Source of the DNA: Desulfobulbus propionicus DSM 2032 | Lineage (GTDB): Bacteria > Desulfobacterota > Desulfobulbia > Desulfobulbales > Desulfobulbaceae | Reading direction: 5' to 3' | DNA length: 32,000 nucleotides | Assembly (NCBI RefSeq): GCF_000186885.1 | Contig: NC_014972.1 | Span: forward strand, 330,001-362,000 | Shown: piece by piece, positions 17,444-25,824 of the stretch | Layout: every line of letters starts with the position of its first letter | Position numbering within the stretch: the first letter of the stretch is position 1 | Translations under genes and position numbers: made by a program | The notes under the pieces: model-generated | Told to the model about the DNA's origin: nothing | Databases searched by the model: none | The model's input: only the letters and a program-made list of their open reading frames with translations

Positions 17444-18541
17444 ATGAAAAAAATATTACTGACCAGTGCCGGCGGTTCTGCGGCCTTGGGTTTCATGCGC
17501 TCCCTTCGCAAGGCTGCATCCGATTACTTTTTTATTGGTTGTGACGCAGATAAATATTATCTCGAACGTTCCGAGGCTGACGAGAAGCATCTGATCCCCC
17601 TGGCCTCCAGCCCTCACTATCGGAATATTCTTCTCGAAATCATCGAGGAAGCGAAACCCGATATGATCCACACCCAAACCGATGTGGAGGTTCACCGTCT
17701 TTCGGCCATGCGAGACGACTTTGACCGTCTCGGAATAAAGTATTTTCTGCCGGATCATGAAACCATCGAAATCTGTCTGAGTAAATTTCGCTCCTATGAA
17801 AAATGGCTGCAGGCAGGACTGACCGTACCGGCTACCCATTACCTGCATACACCGGACGACCTGCGACGAGCCTTTGACCAATATGGATCCCCGGTGTGGA
17901 TCAGGGAAGACAAGGGAGCTTTTGGCAAGGGCTCTTTGCCGGCTGAAAGTTTCGAGGAAGCAAAGTTGTGGATCGACGTTCGTAAGGGTTGGGGGAGTTT
18001 TACCGCCGCCGAGATGCTCGACCCCACGTCAATGGTCACTTGGCAGTCGATCTGGCACAAAGGGGTGCTGGTCGTCGCCCAGACGCGCAAACGGCTTTAC
18101 TGGGAGTTCGGCAACAGGGCACCATCCGGCGTCACCGGACTTACCGGTGCCGGGGTGACCATTTCCGACCCCAATGTCGATCGCATCGCCCAGCAGACAA
18201 TTCTAGCTGTCGATCCTTCTCCCCACGGCATTTTCAGTGTCGATATGACCTACAACAGAGTTGGAGTGCCCAATCCCACAGAAATCAACATCGGCCGTTT
18301 TTTCACCACTCATCATTTCTTCAGCGAGGCGGGCTTAAACATGCCGCACATCTTCACCTCCATAGCCCTGGGGGGGAGCGCGCCATTTTTTGAAAAGAAA
18401 ATCAATCCATTGCCCGAAAACTTGGTATGGATACGCGGCCTGGACTTTCTGCCCAAGCTTTCCACCCTCGAGGAAGTGGAAAAACACGAGGAACGCCTGC
18501 AACGCCGTCTGAACCGCATCGGCAACACGAAAACACCATGA
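17444..18541 (+). CDS. ATP-grasp family ligase
   Basis: AGGAAAG lies upstream of the ATG. The N-terminal 'KKILLTSAGGSAALGFMRSL' is a pre-ATP-grasp domain. Other motifs are 'SPVWIREDKGAFGKGS' and the Mg/ATP-site-like 'PTEINIGRF'. Confidence 0.7.
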   Translation: MKKILLTSAGGSAALGFMRSLRKAASDYFFIGCDADKYYLERSEADEKHLIPLASSPHYRNILLEIIEEAKPDMIHTQTDVEVHRLSAMRDDFDRLGIKYFLPDHETIEICLSKFRSYEKWLQAGLTVPATHYLHTPDDLRRAFDQYGSPVWIREDKGAFGKGSLPAESFEEAKLWIDVRKGWGSFTAAEMLDPTSMVTWQSIWHKGVLVVAQTRKRLYWEFGNRAPSGVTGLTGAGVTISDPNVDRIAQQTILAVDPSPHGIFSVDMTYNRVGVPNPTEINIGRFFTTHHFFSEAGLNMPHIFTSIALGGSAPFFEKKINPLPENLVWIRGLDFLPKLSTLEEVEKHEERLQRRLNRIGNTKTP

Positions 18542-19287
18542 AGAGCATCGGAACCAACAAGAGCGCCTATTTTGTTCCTGTTTTCAACCAGGTTCGCGAA
18601 CTTCCCCAGGTCCTCGACGAGATAAGGGTGGCGAATGTTCCCTGCGACACCTTTATATTTGTCAACGACGGTTCGACCGACGGATCGGAACAGGTTCTCG
18701 CCGATTATGGTTACTCTTGGTTGACCAATGAAAAAAGGATGGGACTCGGCTATTGCTACATGAAGGCGCTTGATTGGGCGCTTGAACATGGGTACTCTTT
18801 TTTCGGGACTATGGCAGCCAACGGCAAGATGCTCCCGTCGGAGATGCCTCGCCTACTCGGGCCGGTGATGCGGGGAGAAGTGGACTATGCCACCGGTAGC
18901 CGTTTTCTGCAGGGGGGCGCCTCGCCAAATCTTCCAGCTTTTCGACGGACCATGATCCCGTTCGTCAACCACTACGTTCATTTTCTTACCGGAGCGCGCC
19001 TGACTGACGCAACCTGCGGTTATCGGGCCTTTTCACTCGATATCATCCGCAAGGCCAATTTTGACTGGCACAAACCGTGGATGTACGCTTACGGCTTTGA
19101 AAGCTATCTCTATGCCAAGGTCCTGCTGTCAGAAACTATACGATGGCATGAGGTCCCCATAACCATGCGTTATCCTCAAAAAGGTGTTCCCTACAGCAAG
19201 ATCGTCCCCTTCAAGGGTTGGTATGACATGTTGAAACCCTGGCTCATAGCCCGCCTTGACGGCTACAGTTTGGACGAGAGGATTTGA
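18538..19287 (+). CDS. Family-2 glycosyltransferase, soluble DPM1-like
   Basis: The ATG at 18538 forms an ATGA overlap with the ATP-grasp stop; the track ORF start at 18427 lies inside the previous gene. GT2 motifs are 'YFVPVFNQ' and 'FIFVNDGSTDGSEQVL'. No TM segment is apparent. Confidence 0.8.
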   Translation: MKSIGTNKSAYFVPVFNQVRELPQVLDEIRVANVPCDTFIFVNDGSTDGSEQVLADYGYSWLTNEKRMGLGYCYMKALDWALEHGYSFFGTMAANGKMLPSEMPRLLGPVMRGEVDYATGSRFLQGGASPNLPAFRRTMIPFVNHYVHFLTGARLTDATCGYRAFSLDIIRKANFDWHKPWMYAYGFESYLYAKVLLSETIRWHEVPITMRYPQKGVPYSKIVPFKGWYDMLKPWLIARLDGYSLDERI

Positions 19288-19290
19288 TAA

Positions 19291-20379
19291 TTGGGTTCCG
19301 CCAGAATGTTTTTCTCCACCTTCATGGGGATAGCCCTGTCGGCGGCCTTGTTTTACCTGGCATTCCGGAATGTTCCTTTGCGGGAATTAATCCTCTATCT
19401 CCGCCAGGTTGAGATTGGCTGGATAGCTCCTTCCCTAATGGTGATATTAGGCGCTTTTTTTATCCGAGCGGAACGTTTGCGTCTTATTATCTCTGCATCG
19501 CATCCTCTCTCGTTTTCCCCGGTGTATCATCCCCTTGCTATCGGTTATTTGGCCAACTGCATAGTACCCGGCAGACTCGGAGAAATAATTCTTCCTGTCC
19601 TACTGAAAAAGAATAAAAAGGTTCCCTTGAGTACAGGGTTGGCGGCTGTTGTGGCCGAGCGAATTTTCGACCTGATCACCTTGCTGTTGCTCTTTACCTG
19701 TGTCATTCCTCTGGTACGGCTTGCCCCTTCCCAAAGCACTTCCTTTGCCGGGTACGAATTAAGTACAGGAACCCTGCATAATCTCGCAGGCAAGATGATG
19801 ATTCTTTGTGTTTTATTGCTCCTGTGCATCAACCTCGTCACCATCCAGGCAACAAAGAATTGGATCAAAGGGATTCTTCATCGCCTTTCTTCCATGTCGT
19901 TGTTTGCCTCCTCTCCACATGCACAGTCGCGTTGGCGTAAAGCCTGCCACTTGGCCGAAACATTTTTGGACAATATTGCCTCTGGTTTTTCATTGCTACG
20001 TTCGGCGAGAAGGCTTGCGCTGTGCGTTTTTTATTCCTTGGCTATTTGGGGCCTGGTGATTTTTGCAAACTATCTGCTGACCTTTGGCTGTCCTCGAATG
20101 AGTGGCCTGAGTTATGCAGAAATCAGTGCGATGACCATTTTCATCGGTTTTTTTGTCGCGTTGCCATCGGCTCCAGGTTTTTGGGGGGTATGGGAGGCGG
20201 GGGGTATTTTTGCGCTGAGTGTGTTTGGGATCAACACAACCGATGCAGCAGGATATACTTTGCTCAACCATGTGGTGCAAATTGGCACTTTTATCGTACT
20301 CGGCGTAGTTTCCGCCTTGTTAACCGAATTTAATTGGCGAAACATGCTTGTTCAAAAATCTTCATCGCATTACGAATGA
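19291..20379 (+). CDS. Flippase-like polytopic membrane protein (LPG-synthase-TM / UPF0104 family)
   Basis: It has about 8 hydrophobic helices. The family-typical N-terminus is 'LFYLAFRNVPLRELILYL...FFIRAERLRLII'. The start is either the TTG at 19291 or the ATG at 19306. Confidence 0.65.
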   Translation: MGSARMFFSTFMGIALSAALFYLAFRNVPLRELILYLRQVEIGWIAPSLMVILGAFFIRAERLRLIISASHPLSFSPVYHPLAIGYLANCIVPGRLGEIILPVLLKKNKKVPLSTGLAAVVAERIFDLITLLLLFTCVIPLVRLAPSQSTSFAGYELSTGTLHNLAGKMMILCVLLLLCINLVTIQATKNWIKGILHRLSSMSLFASSPHAQSRWRKACHLAETFLDNIASGFSLLRSARRLALCVFYSLAIWGLVIFANYLLTFGCPRMSGLSYAEISAMTIFIGFFVALPSAPGFWGVWEAGGIFALSVFGINTTDAAGYTLLNHVVQIGTFIVLGVVSALLTEFNWRNMLVQKSSSHYE

Positions 20380-20585
20380 TATACAAAGCAGGCAAAGAGA
20401 CGTTGATAGTCTCGTGGAAATATAAAAAAACAAACCTCGTGTAGTAAAGAAACAGTTAATTCGAAGATTAAAAGGTCAATTGCACCGATTTTTTTTAACG
20501 ACAAATACAAGAAAAAAATGTTAGCTAAAATTCAATTGAATTGTTTTGATAATATAAATAAAAAACAAAGAATACTATGTAGTTT
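20380..20585 (+). promoter_or_regulatory. AT-rich 206-bp intergenic spacer, probable internal promoter region
   Basis: This is the only long non-coding gap inside the cluster other than 1568-1666, and it is strongly AT-rich with A/T runs. One sigma70-like candidate is TTCAAT (20531-20536), 16 nt, TATAAA (20553-20558). No Shine-Dalgarno sequence is evident before 20586. Confidence 0.3.
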
Positions 20586-22190
20586 ATGCATTTTTTTCAT
20601 ATTGATTTAAAGTTCCATATTCTTTTTTCACTTTTTCTCTGCGCTGCTCTCGGTTTGCGCATCCTTTTCTATCAAGGTCCTTCTGCTGCCGATGATATGA
20701 TCTATTTTTCGGTTGTCGAAAAGCTTCTTGCTGGAAAGGATGTGGGCGAAACGATTACCACTGCAGGCCATTGGGGTGCGCGAACAGGAATGGTCTTTCC
20801 GCTCTGGGGCGTGATGAAGTTTGCCGGCGTATCCGAGGCCGCTTCAATGATCTATCCCCTGGTCCTTTCCGCCGCAACCATGGTTCTGATCTATTTCTCC
20901 GGTTTCAACCTGTTCGGCCCCGCTCCGGCCTTGATTGCCCTTGCATCCTACGCCCTTTTGCCCCTGGATGTTCATTATGCAGGAATCATGTACCCGGATG
21001 GTCCGGTGGTCTTTTTCAGTTTTCTTTCGTTGTATCTGCTGTTTTTGGTATCTGGCTCAACAAAATTCTCCGTATGGGCTCCGCTTCTGGCCGGAATTTC
21101 TCTCGGCTTGGGATATTGCATCCGCGAAACATCGATCCTGCTCTTCATCATCGTGCCACTTCTTTTTGTGCCCGCGAAAAACAAGGTTGCCTACTGCAAG
21201 TCAGTGGTGCTGTTCGGCATTGGATTCGCACTGGTCCTAGCATGTGAGATGCTCTTATTTTGGTTTTTGACGGATAACTTGTTTGCCCGTTTTCAAATAC
21301 TCACCCAAAAAACCCAGGTGCTGACACCACATCAATATCCTTTCATTCCCCGGTTCCACAGTTACTTCTGGGACGGCCCCATCCTACTTTTTGCCACCTA
21401 CTGGATGGCGCCGTTGCTGATTCCTCTTGTTCTCATTGCTGCCCCTTTTGCCTTCCTATGGGAACGGCAATACACCGACCAGCGAAAGGAGGACGGGAAG
21501 GTACTGTGGTTGGCCATTCTCGCTCTCGCTGTTCTCCTTTTTTTTATTTATGCCCCAGTGATCGGCTTTACCAAGCCGTTGGAGCGGGATGAGCGATATT
21601 ATTTGATTGTCATGCCGTTGTTCGCTCTGCTTTTCGGCGTCATGGTAGATCATGTTTTCCGATCGGGGAAGCTATGGAAAAAATTTGCGATTTTCACGCT
21701 GGTCATTAATTTAATCCTCTCGCTTTTTGCCCTTGGGTGCATTGTCAATAAAAACTCCATCGGCTTGACAGAGATCCATGCGTTTATACATGCAACTCCT
21801 GCCGCAAAGTACCTGCTTCCAGAAGCGTTGGCTCCTGCGTTACGCCTGAAGGTCGGTGGTGCGACAGAGTCGGAGAAAATAACGTCCTATCGGTACAGCG
21901 ATAATCCAATTTTACCAGTCCAAGGCTTAAGCGATCAGGCATATCTCTTTTACATTCCCTATCTTCATCGCATCCAACCAGATTGGACGGGACCCATGCA
22001 CTGGCCGGCAGAGCGTTATGTGTTATGGAAGGTGTTGCACACCGAATCTTCCCTTTCTTGCCGCCTCTTACAGCAAGTCCGCTTGCTCGACGCTCTGCCT
22101 GAATTTTTCTCCAAGAGAGTATGCGTTTCCCCGGATGTCCACGTATATACATTCAGACAAACCACTACTAGCTTTTCCGGCCATGACTGA
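20586..22190 (+). CDS. GT-C fold membrane glycosyltransferase (ArnT / PMT_2-like)
   Basis: 534 aa with at least 10 hydrophobic helices. An acidic 'AADDMIYF' motif follows TM1, the position of the GT-C catalytic DxD/ExD loop. The soluble C-terminal domain spans about aa 400-534. Confidence 0.7.
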   Translation: MHFFHIDLKFHILFSLFLCAALGLRILFYQGPSAADDMIYFSVVEKLLAGKDVGETITTAGHWGARTGMVFPLWGVMKFAGVSEAASMIYPLVLSAATMVLIYFSGFNLFGPAPALIALASYALLPLDVHYAGIMYPDGPVVFFSFLSLYLLFLVSGSTKFSVWAPLLAGISLGLGYCIRETSILLFIIVPLLFVPAKNKVAYCKSVVLFGIGFALVLACEMLLFWFLTDNLFARFQILTQKTQVLTPHQYPFIPRFHSYFWDGPILLFATYWMAPLLIPLVLIAAPFAFLWERQYTDQRKEDGKVLWLAILALAVLLFFIYAPVIGFTKPLERDERYYLIVMPLFALLFGVMVDHVFRSGKLWKKFAIFTLVINLILSLFALGCIVNKNSIGLTEIHAFIHATPAAKYLLPEALAPALRLKVGGATESEKITSYRYSDNPILPVQGLSDQAYLFYIPYLHRIQPDWTGPMHWPAERYVLWKVLHTESSLSCRLLQQVRLLDALPEFFSKRVCVSPDVHVYTFRQTTTSFSGHD

Positions 22191-22334
22191 AACCATTGAC
22201 ATCCACTGCACCAACAAGGGTGCTTCACCGCTGCAGCATTATCCCGTACAGGTTGGCTACCTTTTGGCCGAACTCTCCTGACATCGGCCGAGCAGCAACT
22301 CTACCTGGTTGACGAAACCGGTCGTTCAAAACCT

Positions 22335-24806
22335 TTGCAAACCTTCCCGCTGGCCTTGTGGCCGGATGGCAGCATCAAATGGCTGCTGGTCGATTTTTTT
22401 GTTGATTTACCAGGGAACACACAGAGAACTTACACATTGGTTCGTCATCCGGAGCCGCCGCCCTCAGCCTTCCCTGTTGTCATCTGCCATCAAAGCGTGG
22501 AGAGCTGGATCGTCGAGACCGGTACCGCCGAATTTATGGTCAACACCCGCATCCTGAAGCCCTTTGATCAGGTCTCGATTGGCGTCAATAGCCACCACAG
22601 GACCAAAGCTATCGAGTCCAGCCAGTTATGTTTGCTCGATGATCAGGGCAGGAATCTCGATGCACGCATTGAGACCCTGGTACTCGAGACTTGCGGAGCT
22701 GTACGTTGTACTGTGGTGGCCTGCGGGACCATGATCGACGCAGCGGAGAAAACACTTGGCTTCGAGGCTCGCTTGCATTTTTATCAGGGGACCGCTCAAA
22801 CCACCATAGAGTTCAGGCTCCATAATCCGCAAGCAGCCCGGCATTTTGGTGGCCTTTGGGACCTTGGTGACCCAGGATCCTTTTTTTTCAAGGAGTGCGG
22901 ATTTCGTTTTACTCTCCCTCGGCAACCGATGCATTTTTCATGGCAAATGGAATCAGGCGATCCTTGGTACGAGCTGGGTCCGGGGGAAAACTGGACCGTC
23001 TACCAGGAATCCAGTGGTGGCGATCACTGGAACAGTCCCAATCATCGCAACCATCAAGGCAAGGTGCCGCTCACCTTTCGCGGGTACAAGGTTCTGGACG
23101 ATCAGGGGGAGGTGACGCATGGTGATCGGGCAGAACCGGTCCTGGTGTGCCAAATGGATTCCGGGGCGGTCCTTTCGACGTATATATCAAACTTTTGGCA
23201 AAAATTTCCAAAAAGCATTACCGGAGGCGGGCAAGAGCTGGTCATCGGGCTTTTCCCCGGAGCATTTCCGGACCTGCACGAACTGCAGGGTGGTGAACAG
23301 GCGACCAATCACATCTGGCTCGATTGCGCCGCCGATCCCAAGACCGCTGCGTTTGGCAACGCCATGGTAACGGTCCAGGCGGATGAAGCCTGCCTGATCC
23401 GATCCGCCGTATTCAAGGATTTTTCATGGAGCAAGGAGGACACTCCGTTCTCCGAACTGCTTCGGGAAGGTCTTGAGGGAACAAGAGGCTTCTACGCCAA
23501 GCGGGAGATGATCGACGAGTATGGCTGGCGCCATTTCGGCGAGTTGTATGCGGATCATGAATCCGCTCAAAGTCCTGACATCCCTTTTTTTATCTCACAT
23601 TACAACAACCAGTACGATCCGTTGTACGGGATGTATCGGCAGTACTTGACCAGTGGCGACGAGCGCTGGCGGCAACTGGCCGCCGATCTGGCCGCCCATG
23701 TGGCCGATATTGACATCAACCACACGAACAGGGACCGTGAGGAATATAACCACGGCCTTTTCTGGCACACCGATCATTATCTCGATGCAGGTACTGCAAC
23801 CCACCGCATGGCTTCACGCGAACACCTGCTCAAAAAGAATCCCGCCTTCTGCGGCGGCGGTCCGGGCGCCGAGCATTGCTACACTTCCGGACTGGCAGTG
23901 CATTATCTGCTCACCGGTGATCCCCGTTTCAAAGAACTGGTTCTCCAGTTGGCCGACTGGTGCTATCTGTCGCTTCGCGGCCCTCAAACCATTCTGGCTG
24001 CATTGTTGCGTGCGCTCAAAGGCGCAAAGACCCTTGCCCGGCAACAGGGCAGCCCACGACTATGGCACCGTTTCCCTCTCACCAGGGGCACGGGCAATTG
24101 CATCAAATCCAACCTCGACGCTTTTGATCTCAGTGGAGACCGCCGCTATCTCGACCGAGCCGCATCGCTGATCCGGCAGACGGTGCATCCATGCGATCCG
24201 CTGGAGGAGCGCGACCTGCTCAACGCCGAAGTCGCCTGGTCCTATACGGTTTTCCTGGCGGCGGTGGGAATGTTTCTTGCCAAGAAGGCAGAATGGAACG
24301 AATACGACAATGCCTATGCCCATAGCCGCGAATCCTTTCTCCATTACGCCCGGTGGATGGCTAGGCATGAATATCCCTATCTTGACAACCAGGTCATTCT
24401 GGAATTTCCCGAAGTGACCTGGGCAGGGCAAGACATGCGCAAAAGTGTTCTCTTTTACTTCGCCGCCGGATTGTGCGACAATCCCGAAGAGCAGTCGCTG
24501 TATTTGGAGCGTTGCCGCTTCTTTCTTGACGCAGCCGCCAGGGAAATGCACAATTCCGATGCGAGCCTGTACACTCGACCCTTGGCACTTGTTCTGCAAA
24601 ACAGTTGGGTGGCCGGGAAGGCAGGCAATGCCCCACCTCTGGCCGACTCACCAGGAGAGACGGCGCGCAACCGCCGTCCTCAGGCACCCCGCCTGACGAT
24701 GTTCACCTTGCTGAAGCGTACCGCCCGCGATATGGGCGAAGTGCTCCGGGAGACCAACCTGAAACGGGAACAACGATGGCTGGCGGCCCGGTTGAGAGAT
24801 CGTTGA
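22335..24806 (+). CDS. Large uncharacterised protein, possible beta-sandwich + alpha/alpha-toroid glycan lyase/hydrolase; N-terminus apparently frameshifted
   Basis: This is an 823-aa ORF from the TTG at 22335. The frame is open upstream to 22200 and encodes sensible sequence ('SAEQQLYLVDETGRSKP') with no start codon. A 32-codon ORF (22183-22281, ATGA-coupled to the previous gene) looks like the true N-terminus. The C-terminal half 'WRHFGELYADHE..HYNNQYDPLYGMYRQYLTSGDERWRQLAADLAAHVADIDINHT..NHGLFWHTDHY' resembles toroid-type glycan-active enzymes from recall. Confidence 0.8.
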   Translation: MQTFPLALWPDGSIKWLLVDFFVDLPGNTQRTYTLVRHPEPPPSAFPVVICHQSVESWIVETGTAEFMVNTRILKPFDQVSIGVNSHHRTKAIESSQLCLLDDQGRNLDARIETLVLETCGAVRCTVVACGTMIDAAEKTLGFEARLHFYQGTAQTTIEFRLHNPQAARHFGGLWDLGDPGSFFFKECGFRFTLPRQPMHFSWQMESGDPWYELGPGENWTVYQESSGGDHWNSPNHRNHQGKVPLTFRGYKVLDDQGEVTHGDRAEPVLVCQMDSGAVLSTYISNFWQKFPKSITGGGQELVIGLFPGAFPDLHELQGGEQATNHIWLDCAADPKTAAFGNAMVTVQADEACLIRSAVFKDFSWSKEDTPFSELLREGLEGTRGFYAKREMIDEYGWRHFGELYADHESAQSPDIPFFISHYNNQYDPLYGMYRQYLTSGDERWRQLAADLAAHVADIDINHTNRDREEYNHGLFWHTDHYLDAGTATHRMASREHLLKKNPAFCGGGPGAEHCYTSGLAVHYLLTGDPRFKELVLQLADWCYLSLRGPQTILAALLRALKGAKTLARQQGSPRLWHRFPLTRGTGNCIKSNLDAFDLSGDRRYLDRAASLIRQTVHPCDPLEERDLLNAEVAWSYTVFLAAVGMFLAKKAEWNEYDNAYAHSRESFLHYARWMARHEYPYLDNQVILEFPEVTWAGQDMRKSVLFYFAAGLCDNPEEQSLYLERCRFFLDAAAREMHNSDASLYTRPLALVLQNSWVAGKAGNAPPLADSPGETARNRRPQAPRLTMFTLLKRTARDMGEVLRETNLKREQRWLAARLRDR

Positions 24807-24807
24807 A

Positions 24808-25812
24808 ATGACCATGCCCCAGATTATCAAAAAGCTGCTCTGTGAGACCATGGTCCTGTGCGGGCTGGCACGGGCCGGTCGATTGCGGAATCGGAGCAAA
24901 TTGCTGGTCGTCATGTATCACGGCGTCAGCCGCTTGCCACACTTAGACCCGATCTGGACCCAACTTCCAGTGGAACGCTTTGAACGGCAACTCGATTTTC
25001 TCCAGCGTTGGTATTGCCCCGTCACCCTCGCCCAGGTTCTCCGGGCCCTTCGGGGCAAGCAAACACTGCCGCCAAGAGCGGTATTGCTCACCTTTGACGA
25101 CGGCCTTCGCAACAATTACACCGTGGCGTGGCCGATATTGAGAGCCAGGAAAATACCGGCCACAGTTTTTTTGACCGTGGACTACATCGGCGGTCATCGG
25201 CTGCTCTGGCCGGATGAACTCTATCTCCTAGTCAAGAATGCCCATGAAAACGCCCAGGCTCTTCCGGAACCATTCGCCAGCCTATGCCTGCAAACCGAGA
25301 CAGTCTGGCCACGTTATGCGATCTTGGTCGAGGCACTGAAAAGGATGGACGATGACCAGCGCCAACAGGCCATGGATGCCCTGCGCCGGGCAACACCACT
25401 GCCCGACCATGCCCATTGCGAAGACTTCACCCTGCTCAACTGGCAAGAGGTAGATACCATGCACCGGGATGGCCTGATGGATTTCGGTGTGCATACGGCC
25501 TCCCATATCATTCTCAGCCGCATCGCGCCGGGAGATCTGAAAAAGGAAATCGTCTGGCCCAAAAAGAGATTGGAGGAAAAGCTGGGCCATGAGGTGGAGG
25601 CCTTCTGTTATCCCAACGGCAGGAGCGGCATCGATTTTCACGAGGAGCATAAGACCGGGCTTCACCAGGCCGGATACGCCTGTGCCTTCACCACCGACCA
25701 CGGCCTGCATGCCATGGGCACCGACCCCTTTGCCATCAAACGGATTGCCGCCGGCAACGACATGACCTCCGACCCGGCCTTTTTTCAATTGGCCTGTTCC
25801 GGCATAATCTGA
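24808..25812 (+). CDS. Polysaccharide deacetylase (NodB homology domain; ArnD-like position)
   Basis: 'VLLTFDDGLRNNY' is the Asp-Asp motif and 'FGVHTASHIIL' is H-x-x-x-H. The ATG lies 1 nt after the previous stop. Confidence 0.85.
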   Translation: MTMPQIIKKLLCETMVLCGLARAGRLRNRSKLLVVMYHGVSRLPHLDPIWTQLPVERFERQLDFLQRWYCPVTLAQVLRALRGKQTLPPRAVLLTFDDGLRNNYTVAWPILRARKIPATVFLTVDYIGGHRLLWPDELYLLVKNAHENAQALPEPFASLCLQTETVWPRYAILVEALKRMDDDQRQQAMDALRRATPLPDHAHCEDFTLLNWQEVDTMHRDGLMDFGVHTASHIILSRIAPGDLKKEIVWPKKRLEEKLGHEVEAFCYPNGRSGIDFHEEHKTGLHQAGYACAFTTDHGLHAMGTDPFAIKRIAAGNDMTSDPAFFQLACSGII

Positions 25813-25824
25813 GGAGTAGCACGG

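Noticed and set aside
20397-20413. Hairpin GAGAC-n7-GTCTC just after the flippase-like gene, as a possible rho-independent terminator
   Set aside because: It has only a 5-bp stem and no following T-run, so it is not convincing as an intrinsic terminator.
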